Shown: piece by piece, positions 39,476 through 51,929 of the stretch | Layout of the letters: each line of letters opens with the position of its first letter | Position numbering within the stretch: the first letter of the stretch is position 1 | Assembly: GCF_963921235.1 (NCBI RefSeq) | Contig: NC_086108.1 | Span: 98,954,001-99,018,000, forward strand | Length of the DNA: 64,000 bases | Origin: Mobula hypostoma | Taxonomy: Eukaryota | Direction of reading: 5' to 3' | Notes under the pieces: model-generated | What the model was told of the DNA's origin: nothing | The model's input: the letters and a program-made list of their open reading frames with translations, nothing else | Database searches by the model: none | Translations under genes and position numbers: made by a program

Positions 39476-40059
39476 GTTAAACAGGTAAGATCAGGAATAA
39501 ACAGTATAAATAACGTGATACCCAAACTCTAAGAAAGGACATAATTTGGGACCTTGATCAGAACAATTGGTCTTTATAAGACCATAAGACATAGGAGCAG
39601 AATTAGACCATTTTGCCCATCAAGTCTGCCTCGTTGTTGCATCATGGCTGATCCCGGATTCCACTCAACCCCATACACCTGCCTTCTCACCAAAACCTTT
39701 GATGCCCTGACCAATCAGGAAACTATCAATTTTCACTTTAAATATACCCACAGATTTAGCCTCCACAGCTGTCTGTGGCAGAGCATTCCACGGATGCACT
39801 AATCTCTTGCCAAAAACAAATTCCTCCTTACCTCTGTTTTAAAGGTATATAATAATTCTGAATAATTTTGAGATTTCCATTGATGATCAGACCTAAAGCA
39901 AGCTACCCTGCATTTTGTGTGTGTTGCTTGGATTTCCAACACCTGCAGATTTTCTCTTGTTCATCCTTGTGTGTGCTGGTTGTTAATGCAAACAACACAC
40001 TTCACTATATGGTTCGATGTACATGTGATAAATAAGTTAATCTGAATCTAAAGATTCAC

Positions 40060-40450
40060 GCTGTCGGAGCAGTGCTGTCAGGATAATCAAGGACACGACC
40101 CACCCAGCCAACACACTTTTCCTCCGGGAGAAGGCTCAGGAGCTTGAAGACTCATACGGCCAGATTTGGGAACAGCTTCTTTCCGACTGTGATAAGACTG
40201 CTGAACGGATCCTGACCTGGCTCTGGGCCATTCCCTCCAAATATCCGGACCTGCCTATTGGTTTTCTTTGCACTACCTTACTTTCCCTTTTCTATTTTCT
40301 ATTTATGATTTATAATTTAAATTTTTAATATTTACTATCGATTTGTACTCCAGGGAGCACGAAGAGCAGAATCAAATATCGCTGTGGTGATTGTATGCTC
40401 TAGCATCAATTGTTTGGCGACAATAAAGTATAAAGTAAAGTAAAGTAAAG
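40060..40450 (+). mobile_element. Rex1-like LINE 3' end with (TAAAG)n tail
   Basis: cacccagccaacacactttt, tccgggagaagg and aacagcttctttccgactgtgataagactgctgaac (HP..SGRR..NSFFPTVIRLLN); aataaagtataaagtaaagtaaagtaaag. Confidence 0.75.
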
Positions 40451-40875
40451 ATACATTTCTGGCTGATCTCACACTCTCTGGGTCAAGAAACAAGAAAACA
40501 CCAGGGTTTATTGTTGATTTGTATCAGAACTTGTTTAATGATGCTCATGAAAGCACTTTAGGCAGTTTTACTGTGTTAGAGATATAATAAGAATGTAATT
40601 ATTATCTGACGCCTCTGCTAGAGTGTGTCTGAGCATGAGAGTTTGGGGAGGATCAGATTAGTTTGTGCATGATGCCTCCTCTGGTCAAATACTGCAAGAG
40701 TATTATAAAAGAATAATATCTAAAAGATAACCAGTTGGGTGAAATATTGGAAATATCCTGACTTCAAACCACAATTACATGCACACAATGCTGGAGGAAC
40801 TCAGCAAGTCAGGCAGCATCTATGGAGAAGAATGATGATGAGTCTCGGCTCAAAAGTTCATTCCTTTCCATAGAC

Positions 40876-40955
40876 CAGGGGTTCCCAACCCTTTTCGTGC
40901 CATGGACCAATACCATTAAGCAAGGGGTCTGCGGAGCCCAGGTTGGGACCCCGTG
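40876..40955 (+). mobile_element. 80-bp hAT MITE (same family as 7313-7392) inserted in a Penelope-end repeat
   Basis: caggggttcccaacc...ggttgggaccccgtg; degenerate TSD ccatagac/ctgtggac. Confidence 0.8.
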
Positions 40956-42027
40956 CTGTGGACGCTCTTTGATCTACTGAATTTTGTGTGCATTACTCTG
41001 CATTTCCTGCATCTGCAGAGTTCCTTGAGTTCAAACCACAAATGCATCTCAGTGCTTACTGCTAGGAGAGAAAACAGGAGGGGAAGAATTGTTGGATAAA
41101 GGGAAAAAAGGTATAATGTAATTTGTTATTGTGGTATTTATGAGTAACTACATGACATTCCAAAACCACAAGGGCTGACAAACCTTTGATCTGATTTTAT
41201 TTTCCTCTTCCATGCATCTGCATTTCTGTAGTCATGAGATAGATATGGATATTGAAGGACATTCAAACATGCTGGCTCACCCACTCAGTGAAACCTAATA
41301 AATAATGCAGGATTTATTTTCTATTATGGATTCTTTCTAAAGTTAATTTGAAACTAATAAGCATGTACTGCAATTAGAGAACTACAATTTAAAAAAAAAT
41401 CCTTGAAATTATGTATTGGACTACTGAAAGGGATATTTAAGTACTGAAGACTCCAATAAATTCCTGGAAAGTTGGCAGCAACAATTCATTTTATGAATGC
41501 AAACATTTTAAGTGATATTTAACAGATCAAAATCTACACATGATAGAGCCTTTTCTGTAATGGTGTTTAGATGTTTCAAAATCCACAGGGAGTACACAAC
41601 CTATTTTTAGTAACCAACGAAGCTGTTTTTTATTTGATAATGAATAAAAGTTCTAAACCTCATCTGCGGGCAGGATCAGCTGCAAACTCATACTATTACC
41701 ACATTACGAAACACGTAAATGCCTAAATCCAAAAATGTCTCCACAAAATCTGGTTTGGCTGCTTAAAGCAAACTTCTCGAATTTAATGTTGTCCCCTGCC
41801 TGAGTCTCAGAGAAATACAGCAAATAAACAGGTCCTTCAGTCCAATACACCCATAAGACCATAAGATAAGATAAGATAATATATAGGAGCAGAATTAGGC
41901 CATTTGGCCCATCGCATCTGCTCTGCCATTTAGAAACATAGAAACATAGAAAATAGGTGCAGGAGTAGGTCATTCGCCCCTTCGCGCCTGCACCGCCATT
42001 TATTATGATCATGGCTGATCATCCAAC

Positions 42028-45000
42028 TCAGAACCCCGCCCCAGCCTTCCCTCCATACCCCCTGATCCCTGTAGCCACAAGGGCCATATCTAACTCCCTC
42101 TTAAATATAGCCAATGAACTGGCCTCAACTGTTTCCTGTGGCAGAGAATTCCACAGATTCACCACTCTCTGTGTGAAGAAGTTTTTCCTAATCTCGGTCC
42201 TAAAAGGCTTCCCCTTTATCCTCAAACTGTGACCCCTTGTTCTGGACTTCCTCAACATCTGGAACAATCTTCCTGCATCTAGCCTGTCCAATCACTTCAG
42301 GATTTTATACGTTTCAATCAGATCCCACCTCAATCTTCTAAATTCCAACGAGTACAAGCCCAGTTCATCCAGTCTTTCTTCATATGAAAGTCCTGCCATC
42401 CCAGGAATCAATCTGGTGAACCTTCTTTGTACTCCCTCTATGGCAAGGATGTCTTTCCTCAGATTAGGAGACCAAAACTGCACACAATACTCCAGGTGTG
42501 GTCTCACCAAGGCCTTGTACAACTGCAGTAGTACCTCCCTGCTCCTGTACTCGAATCCTCTCGCTATAAATGCCAGCATACCATTCGCCTTTTTCACCGC
42601 CTGCTGTACCTGCATGCCCACTTTCAATGACTGGTGTATAATGACACCCAGGTCTCGTTGCACCTCCCCTTTTCCTAATCGGCCACCATTCAGATAATAA
42701 TCTGTTTTCCTATTTTTGTCACCAAAGTGGATAACTTCACATTTATCCACATTAAATTGCATCTGCCATGAATTTGCCCACTCACCCAACCTATCCAAGT
42801 CACTCTGCATCCTCTTAGCATCCTCCTCACAACTAACACTGCCACCCAGCTTCGTGTCATCCGCAAACTTGGAGATGCTGCATTTAATTCCTTCATCCAA
42901 GTCATTAATATATATTGTAAACAACTGGGGTCCCAGCACTGAGCCTTGCGGTACCCCACTAGTCACCGCCTGCCATTCTGAAAAGGTCCCGTTTATTTCC
43001 ACTCTTTGCTTCCTGTCTGCTAACCAATTCTCCATCCACATCAATACCTCACCCCCAATACCGTGTGCTTTAAGTTTGCACACTAATCTCCTGTGTGGGA
43101 CCTTGTCAAAAGCCTTTTGAAAATCCAAATATACCACATCCACTGGTTCTCCCCTATCCACTCTACTAGTTACATCCTCAAAAAATTCTATGAGATTCGT
43201 CAGACATGATTTTCCTTTCACAAATCCATGCTGACTTTGTCCGATGATTTCACCGCTTTCCAAATGTGCTGTTATCACATCTTTGATAACTGACTCCAGC
43301 AGTTTCCCCACCACCGACATTAGGTTAACTGGTCTATAATTCCCCGGTTTCTCTCTCCCTCCTTTTTTAAAAAGTGGGGTTACATTAGCCACCCTCCAAT
43401 CCTCGGGAATTAGTCCAGAATCTAACGAGTTTTGAAAAATTATCACTAATGCATCCACTATTTCTTGGGCTACTTCCTTAAGCACTCTAGGATGCAGACC
43501 ATCTGGCCCTGGGGATTTATCTGCCTTCAATCTCTTCAATTTACCTAACACCACTTCCCTACTAACATGTATTTTGCTCAGTTCCTCCATCTCACTGGAC
43601 CCTCTGTCCCCTACTATTTCTGGAAGATTATTTATGTCCTCCTTAGTGAAGACAGAACCAAAGTAATTATTCAATTGGTCTGCCATGTCCTTGCTCCCCA
43701 TAATCAATTCACCTGTTTCTGTCTGTAGGGGACCTACATTTGTCTTTACCAGTCTTTTCCTTTTTACATATCTATAAAAGCTTTTACAGTCAGTTTTTAT
43801 GTTCCCTGCCAGTTTTCTCTCATAATCTTTTTTCCCCTTCCTAATTAAGCCCTTTGTCCTCCTCTGCTGAACTCTGAATTTCTCCCCGTCCTCAGGTGAG
43901 CCACTTTCTCTGGCTAATTTGTATACTTCTTCTTTGGAATTGATACTATCCCTAATTTCTCTTGTCAGCCATGGGTGCACTACCTTCCTTGATTTATTCT
44001 TTTGCCAAACTGGGATGATCAATTGTTGTAGTTCATCCATGCAACCTTTAAATGCTTGCCATTGCATATCCACCGTCAATCCTTTAAGTGTCATTTCCCA
44101 GTCTATCTTAGCTAATTCACGTCTCATACCTTCAAAGTTACCCCTCTTTAAGTTCAGAATCTTTGTTTCTGAATGAACTATGTCACTCTCCATCTTAATG
44201 AAGAATTCCACCATATTATGGTCACTCTTACCCAAGGGGCCTCTCACGACAAGATTGCTAATTAACCCTTCCTCATTGCTCAAAACCCAGTCCAGAATAG
44301 CCTGCTCTCTAGTTGGTTCCTCGACATGTTGGTTCAAAAAACCATCCCGCATACATTCCAAGAAATCCTCTTCCTCAGCACCTTTACCAATTTGGTTCAC
44401 CCAATCTACATGTAGATTGAAGTCACCCATTATAACTGCTGTTCCTTTATTGCACACCTTTCTAATTTCCTGTTTAATACCATCTCCGACCTCACTACTA
44501 CTGTTAGGTGGCCTGTACACAACTCCCACCAGCGTCTTCTGCCCCTTAGTGTTACGCAGCTCTACCCATATCGATTCCACATCTTCCCGGCTTATGTCCT
44601 TCCTTTCTATTGCGTTAATCTCTTCTTTAACCAGCAACGCCACCCCACCTCCCCTTCCTTCATGTCTATCCCTCCTGAATATTGAATATCCCTGAACGTT
44701 GAGCTCCCATCCTTGGTCACCCTAGAGCCACGTCTCTGTGATCCCAACTATATCATAATCATTAATAACAATCTGCACTTTCAATTCATCCACCTTATTA
44801 TGAATGCTCCTTGCATTGACACACAAAGCCTTCAGGCGCTCTTTTACAACTCTCTTAGCCCTTATACAATTATGTTGAAAAGTGGCCCTTCTTAATGCTT
44901 GCCCTGGATTTGTCGGCCTGCCACTTTTACTTTTCTCCTTAGTACTTTTTGCTTCTACCCTCACTTTACACCCCTCTGTCTCTCTGCACTGGTTCCCATC

Positions 45001-45060
45001 CCCCTGTTGTGAACTAACCTCCTCACGCCTAGCCTCTTTAATTTGATTCCCACCCCCCAA
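42028..45060 (-). pseudogene. CR1 ORF2 (APE endonuclease + reverse transcriptase) with two in-frame stops
   Basis: One frame throughout: [59 protein letters not shown]; stops at 44722-44724 and 42292-42294. Confidence 0.95.
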
Positions 45061-45065
45061 CCATT

Positions 45066-46002
45066 CTAGTTTAAAGTCACCTCAGTAGCCCTAGCTAATC
45101 TCCCTGCCAGGATATTGGTCCCCCTAGGATTCAAGTGTAACCCGTCCTTTTTGTACAGGTCACGCCTGCGCCAAAAGAGGTCCCAATGATCCAAAAATTT
45201 GAATCCCTGCCCCCTGCTCCAATCCCTCAGCCACGCATTTATCCTCCACCTCATCGCATTCCTACTCTCACTGTCGCGTGGCACAGGCAGTAATCCCGAG
45301 ATTACTACCTTTGCGGTCCTTTTTCTCAACTCCCTTCCTAGCTCCCTATATTCTCCTTTCAGGACCTCATCCCTTTTCCTACCTATGTCATTGGTACCTA
45401 TATGTACCACGACCTCTGGCTTCTCACCCTCCCACTTCAGGATATCTTGGACACGATCAGAAATATCCCGGACCCTGGCACCAGGGAGGCAAACTACCAT
45501 CCGGGTCTCTGGACTGCGTCCACAGAATCGCCTATCTGACCCCCTTACTATCGAGTCCCCTATCACAACTGCCTTCCTCTTCCTTGCCCTACCCTTCTGA
45601 GCTACAGGGCCAGCCTCTGTGCCGGAGGCACGGCCACTGTCGCTTCCCCCGGGTAAGCTGTCCCCCCCCAACAGTACTCAAACAGGAGTACCTTTTGTTA
45701 AGGGGCACAGCCACCGGGGTACTCTCTATTACCTGACTCTTCCCCTTCCCCCTCCTAACCGTGACCCACTTGTCTGCCTCCCGTGGCCCCGGTGTGACCA
45801 CCTGCCTGTAACTCCTCTCTATCAACTCCTCACTCTCCCCGACCAGACGAAGGTCATCGAGCTGCAGCTCCAGTTCCGTAACGCAGTCCCTTAGGAGCTG
45901 CATCTCGATGCACTTGGCGCAGATGTAGACATCCGGGAGGCTTGGAGACTCCAGGGCCTCCCACATCCGACACCGAGAACAGCAAACTGCCCTCACACTC
46001 AT
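45066..46002 (-). pseudogene. CR1 ORF1 (Cys-rich zinc finger, coiled coil, SGNH esterase); one frameshift
   Basis: CCSRCRMW...YICAKC, then LELQLDDL, then GDSIVR, GTND, DGLHLN; frame change in the C8 run at 45662-45669. Confidence 0.92.
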
Positions 46003-46974
46003 ACTGCCCCTCTCCTCAAATAACAACAGAAAATGAATGCCAAACCTTCCTCGCCTCGCCCGTTTCCGCCTAAGCCCGTTGAGCCGAAGCCCTTAAGTCT
46101 TCACTCTGCTCCCGGCTCACTCCGCCGCCCGCAAACTATGCTGCCCGCTCTATGATGCTCTGTTCCTTTTAAATCTGCCGCGTTGCGCTGCCCGACGTCA
46201 CACGCCTGTGCAGTCCCGCCTCTCAGAACGCCGTTGGAGAAAAAAAAAATAACGAAAATTTCAAAAATGTCTTTCTCGGCACTCCCACTCAGACTCTCAG
46301 ACTCCTTCTTCGAATCAAACCTGAAGCAAATGGTTTATCCATTTTTCCCCTCAGCCCCAATCTCCTGCCTTCATGCCCTGACAATTCAAGATCTATCAAC
46401 CTCTGCCTTAAATATACATAAAGACTTGGTTTCCACAGATCCACCACTCTCTGGCTAAAGAAATTCCTCCTCATTTCCATTCTAAAAGGACACCCCTCTA
46501 TTGTGAGGCTGTGTCCTCTGGTCTTAGACTCTCCCACCACAGGAAACATACTCTCCTCATCCACTCTATCAAGGCTTTTCACATTTTAATATGTTTCAAT
46601 GAGGTCGCCCCTCATTCTTCTGAACTCAAGTGAATACAGGTCCAGAGCCACAAATGCTCTTCACATGACAAGCCATTCAATCCTGGAATCATTTTCGTGA
46701 ACCTCCTTCGAACCCTCTTCAGTTTCAGCACATCCTTGCCAACCAAGATGGTAAATTTGTATATTATTGCCACATGTACTGAGGTACAGTGAAGAACTGC
46801 TTTCCCATGCATGCAGATGACAATGCAAAGAAGGTTCCCATTCAAGGATCTTTCTCTGGTTGGCTGCCAGTGTCTAGTGGTGTTCTGCAGGAAAAAAAAA
46901 TTGCAAGGATGGTTCTGGGATTTGAGGACTTGAGTTATAGGGAAAATTTTGAATAGGTCAGGATTTTATTCCCA

Positions 46975-47895
46975 GTGTAGAGTGCCCTCCTGCTTCAAAT
47001 TATCCACCATTGTTCCAGTACCTAAAAAGACCAAGGTAAAATAACATGTCTGAATGACTGGCGTCTTGTCACACTCACCTCAATAATAAGCAAACGCTTT
47101 GAGAGGCTGGCAAGGACTATATCTGCAGCATCCTACCACCTACACTGGACCCCCTACAATTTGCCTACCGACACAACCGATCAACAGATGATGCAATAGC
47201 CACAGCTCTATACGCCATCCTTACACATCTGGAGAAGAAGGATGCTTCTGAGAGAATGCTGTTTTTGGACTACAGTTCAGCATTTAGTACTATAGTTCCA
47301 TCCAGGCTTGACAAGAATCTCAGAGACCTCGGCCTTCATGCTCCCTTGTGCACAACAGCACCTCTTTCACCTCTGATGGTTGAGGAAGTTTGGTATGGGC
47401 CCCCAAATCCTAAGAACTTTCTACAGGGGCATAATTGAGAGCATCCTGACTGGCTGCATCACTGCCTGGTATGGGAACTGTACCTCCCTTAATCACAGGT
47501 CTCTGCAGAGAGTGGTGCGGACAGCCCAGCGCATCTGTAGTTGCGAACTTATCACGATTGAGGACATTTACAAGGACAGTTATGTAAAAAGGGCCCAAAG
47601 GTTCATTGGGGACACGAGTCACCCCAGCCATAATCTACTCCAGCTGCTACCATCCGGGAAATGTACCACAGCATAAAAGCCAGGACCAACAGGCTCTGGG
47701 ACAGCTTCTTCCACTGGGTCATCAGACTGATGAACTCACGCTGATATGAGTGTACTCTGTATTACATTGAATGTTCTATTTATTATAAATTAGTATGATT
47801 GCATATTGCACATTTAGATGGAGACGTAACATAAAGGTTTTTACTCTTCATGTATGTGAAGAACGTAATAAATAAAGTCAATTGAATTCAATTCA
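46975..47895 (+). mobile_element. Rex1-like LINE, internally deleted
   Basis: [14 protein letters not shown] is joined directly to [31 protein letters not shown]; (aattc)n tail near 47880. Confidence 0.85.
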
Positions 47896-47899
47896 ATTA

Positions 47900-48275
47900 G
47901 GCGAGTTTCAATAGAAGTATACAAAATTATGAGGGGTGTAGATAAGATAAATGCAAGCGGGCCTTTTCCACTGAGGTTTGATGGGACTAGAAATAGAGGT
48001 CATAGGTTAAGGGTGAAAGGTGAAATATTTAAGGAGAATATGAGGGGGAGCCTCTGCATTCAGAGGATAGTGAGAGTGTGGAATGAGCTGCCAGCGGAAG
48101 TGGTAAATACAGGTATGAATTCAATGTTTAAGAGAAGTTTGGATAGGTACATGGATGGGAAGGATATGGAGGGCTATGGTCCCTGTGCAGGTTGATGGGA
48201 ATAGACAGAAAAATAATTCAGCATGGACTAGATAAGTAGAAGGGTTTGTGCTTGTGCTGCGGTGTTCCATGACTC
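47900..48275 (+). mobile_element. CR1 3' fragment
   Basis: ORF 47929-48195 (RGHRLRV, QRIVRVWNELP, FKRSLDRYM). Confidence 0.85.
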
Positions 48276-48655
48276 TAAGGCTCTTAATTCTTCATTATAT
48301 TGGTTGCTAAATGTGAAATCTTTCTGTGCTTGCAGTTTCATATTGACATGCTGCATTGTAATAGCCTAACCAATAAATATTTTAAAGCAGAAAATGTAAA
48401 ATCGTTGCTTTCAATAATGAAAATGGTACACAACCTGATGAGTAGAGCATAAGAAAATCAATCGGGTCAAATTCGTAATTACAAATAAAATTGAGTAATT
48501 GCTTTGTTCCTGAACTGTTTGACTTAAACATTTCCCAGGAAGCAATCAGGAGAAATTTATTCTAATTGGACAAGCACGTCAGATTGAAAATGTGTTACAC
48601 TTCCAACTACATCTGAAAGCATTGCTAGGGGATCTACTGTGGCTTTGCTCAAGTG

Positions 48656-48735
48656 CAGGGGTTTCCCACTCTGGGGTCAATGAACCCCTTGGTTAATGTA
48701 GTTGTCCATGACATAAAAATCGTGGGGAGCCCTTG
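48656..48735 (-). mobile_element. 80-bp hAT MITE, reverse orientation
   Basis: caggggtttccc...ggggagcccttg; TSD ctcaagtg/ctctagtg. Confidence 0.78.
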
Positions 48736-48898
48736 CTCTAGTGTGATCTGAGAGCAAGGATATATAGTTCTATAGCACTGTTCTCATTAGTAGAATTCAT
48801 CCAAAGTCTGGAATGATGATTGTTAATTTCTACGATTCTAACATGTTGGAGTAAAGTTTGCTTTTTTTTCGCTGTGAAGATTGGCAAGAGTATTTTTT

Positions 48899-49685
48899 AA
48901 CACAAGAGATTCTGCAGATGCTGGAAATCCAGAGCAACAAACTCAAAATGCTGAAGGAACTCAGCAGGTCAGGCACCATCAATGGAAAGGAATGAACAGT
49001 CGATGCTTCGAGCTAAAGCACTTCATGAGGATTGGAAGAGAAGAGGGAAGAAGCCAAACTAAGAAGATGGGCAGAAGGAAAAGGGGTACAAGCTGGCAGG
49101 TGTTAGCTGAAGCCAGGTGAGGAGAACAGTGGTTGGGTGGGAGAGGTAGGGGATGAACAGAGAAGCTGGGAGGTATTAGCTTGAAGAGGTAAAGCAATGA
49201 AGAAGAAGGAATCTGATAGAAGAGAGTGGACCATTGAAGAAAGGAGAGAAGGAAACGGATAAGAAGGGAGCTAGAATGAAGGATGGATCATCTCATATTC
49301 TCGATATTTATTCCTTATTCATTTACAATCATTGTTTCTTTTTCTTTTGTATTTGCATATTTTGTTGTCTTTTGCACATTGGTTGTTTGAACACCCTGTT
49401 GGGAACAGTCTTTCATTGATTCTAGTATGGTTTTTGGATTTACTGAGTATACCTGAAAGAAATTGAACGTATATGGTTTTGTATGTGTACTTTGAAAATA
49501 AATTTGCTTTGAACTCTGAATTTTGAAAAGGAAGAAGGAGGAGGAGACAGAAACCCAGAGCTGGGTTTCAAACTTCACATTACATTTGCAACTAAACTGT
49601 ATACTTTAATTTCTAAAATGCTTAACTCAGAGACATCTTTACACTTACAGCACCAGCTGTCAGCAATTGGAGTTCAATTTTAAGT
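48899..49685 (-). repeat. Penelope-derived remnant with a LINE-tail insert and the shared module (49551-49630)
   Basis: acaagagattctgcagatgctggaaatcc end; decayed hammerhead at ~48998-49033; gaaacccagagctgggtttcaaacttcacattac module. Confidence 0.7.
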
Positions 49686-49989
49686 GTGTTGTCCCTGGAA
49701 AATCACATTTGCTTCTCATATTTTACATTCTGCCTCTCCATGATAAGGGATTCTCCAATTTATTTTGATTTATATGTTTTTCTCGTTGTTGGTGAAATTC
49801 TGATGGATAAGGGAGGAAAGCCCATTAAATCCAATCAGACTATAAATGCACAATTATTTCAAGGTATTTTGCTCTTTAATCTTATGCTCATCTGAAGGAT
49901 CAGATAAAGGTATCTTGGAAATATTTACACATATGTTGGTCATCCTGTGCTCAGATTCATATTCATCAATTTTTCACGTGTACATTGTA

Positions 49990-50375
49990 ATCTGGGTGGC
50001 CAGGTGGAGATACATCTCTACAAAGGAGGTGTAAGGCTCTCCTTCCCTCTGCTATCCTGAAGGTCACCCTTGGGTGAGGTGTAACACATGTTTAGCTCCC
50101 CCCCTCCCACTCTCCACCCCAATCAGGGTCATGGGAAGCCATGGGAGCAGCTGGTGCATATCACAAGTCCTGGTTATGCAACCACTGACGCCAGGCAGAC
50201 AATTTCTGAAGAGTATTGATAATGGCTGGGCTCATCCATCTTGTAAAGACAATGCCCAGAAGAAGGCAATGGCAAACCACTTCCGCGGAATTTTTCACGA
50301 AAAATTATGGCCATGGAAAGACCACGATCGCCCACATCATGTGTCATAGCACATAATGATAATGATGTTGATGAT
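49990..50375 (+). mobile_element. Non-autonomous RTE-like short element, copy 1
   Basis: Collinear with 59670-60118; contains gaaggcaatggcaaaccacttc (Bov-A/RTE 3'-type motif); (GAT)n tail. Confidence 0.65.
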
Positions 50376-50767
50376 GACATCAACACATACAGTGAAATGC
50401 CTCATTTGCGTTAACAACCAACACAACTTAAAGAAGTGCTGGGGGCAGCCCGCAAGTGTCGCCACATATTTTGGTGCCAAAGTAGTATGCCCCACCATGC
50501 TTGGCAGAACAACACAGAACACAACAAGCAACAATACAGCAACTGCAATACAAGCCCCTTTCCTCCATCCCATCCACACAATCAGTCCTCCAACTCCAGA
50601 ACAGGCCTCCAGGTCAACAGTCCCAAGCTCTCAGGTTTCAGTCATGGGGCTTCAGTTTCCAGACTTCTGAATGAGCTGGATGCCACCAGTTCCAGAACAA
50701 TTCATTGAAAATCCTTAGATATTTGTATTATCATACCAAGTAGATATTCTCTGGTATGGACCATGAA

Positions 50768-50990
50768 GAGTTGGCTGGTGGTGTAGTGGCATCAGCACTG
50801 GACTTCAAGGCAGATGATCCTGAGTTCAAACCCAGCCGGGTCCCAACCTGGGCAGCACCGGTATCTGCACAGAAGAAAGGCCTGGCAGTCTACTTCCGTA
50901 TCTTACCACGAAAACTCTATGGACCTTATGGCCCATGAGGTCATGAAGAGTCAGACTTAAATTAACAACTGAACAGCAACAACAATGGAC
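50768..50990 (+). mobile_element. tRNA-headed SINE with RTE/BovB-type tail
   Basis: A-box tggtgtagtgg, B-box gagttcaaacc; tail ggtcatgaagagtcagac...aactgaacagcaacaacaa. Confidence 0.7.
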
Positions 50991-51239
50991 AATGAATGAA
51001 CAAGACCTCACTAAATTCATGTCATCAAGGCTGGATTCCCTTCCTTGTTCCCATACCAGTGGTCATTGAAAAGAATTGGCACTGATCAGTGAGCGATAAG
51101 AGTGACTAACATTTAATACAATATATTTAATTTGTTTAACTATGTTTTGTTGAAATGATATTTGAGTGAATATGATAAGGCTTGGCGAAAATGAAAAACT
51201 GGTCTGAATTGATTCTCATTCTGCCCCCGTCCAGTTTTC

Positions 51240-51925
51240 AGATTCAGAAGTAAAGAAGATACTGCAGCTTTAAAAAAAACTTTTGTTAGGTTGCATCTCA
51301 AGTATTGTATTCAGTTCTGATAACCCCATTATGGGAAAGATGTCGAGGCCTTGGAAAGGGTGTGAAAGAGGGTGCTTCCTGGATTAGAGGGCATGTGTTT
51401 TGAGAAGTTGGACAAACCTGGGCTGTTTTCCTCTAGAGTGCTGGAGACTGAGGAGAGACCTGATAGGAGTTTCTATCAGGGACAGTGAGAGGCAGGTCCT
51501 GCTTCATGAGCCTGACTGAATTCTTTAAGGATACAATTAAACAAATTGATGAAGGTAGAGCAGTGGATGTGGTGTATATGGATTTTAGTAAGGCATTCAA
51601 CAAGGCTCCCCATGGTAGGCTCATTCAGAAAGTCAGAAGGAATGGGATCTGGGGAAACTTGGCTGTGTGGGTTCAGGATTGGCTTGACCACAGAAAGCAG
51701 AAGTTGGTAGTGGATGGAGAGTATTCTGTCTGGAGATCATTGAACAGAGGAAATTCCATAGGGATCTGTTCTGGGGCCCTCTGTTTTTTGGGACTTTTAT
51801 GAATGACATAGGTAAGGAAGTGGAAAGGTGGGTTGGTAAGTTTGCAAATGACACTAAGGTTGGTAGTCTTGTAGATAGTACAGAAAATTGTTGAGGGTTA
51901 CAACAGACATTGATAGGATGTAGAG
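51240..51925 (+). mobile_element. Rearranged CR1 ORF2 fragments
   Basis: A 3' ORF2 piece (51240-51478) precedes an RT piece (GRSCFMSLTEFF, YMDFSKAF, KFANDTK). Confidence 0.8.
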
Positions 51926-51929
51926 TTGG

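Larger units (their letters stand above)
41931..46290 (-). mobile_element. Full-length, young CR1 LINE nested in the 3' end of an older CR1 (41850-41930 and ~46330-46740)
   Basis: CpG-rich 5' UTR, ORF1, ORF2 and (tttctatg)n tail at 41931-41952, all collinear. Confidence 0.95.

Noticed and set aside
42416..45894. Plus-strand ORFs of 85-171 aa
   Set aside because: Antisense shadows of the CR1 ORFs.
50000..50150. HDV-like ribozyme in the RTE-like element leader
   Set aside because: I could not assemble P1-P4 pairings by eye; needs a descriptor search.
50768..50840. tRNA gene
   Set aside because: A/B boxes continue into a SINE body with no terminator or clean cloverleaf, so it is a SINE head.
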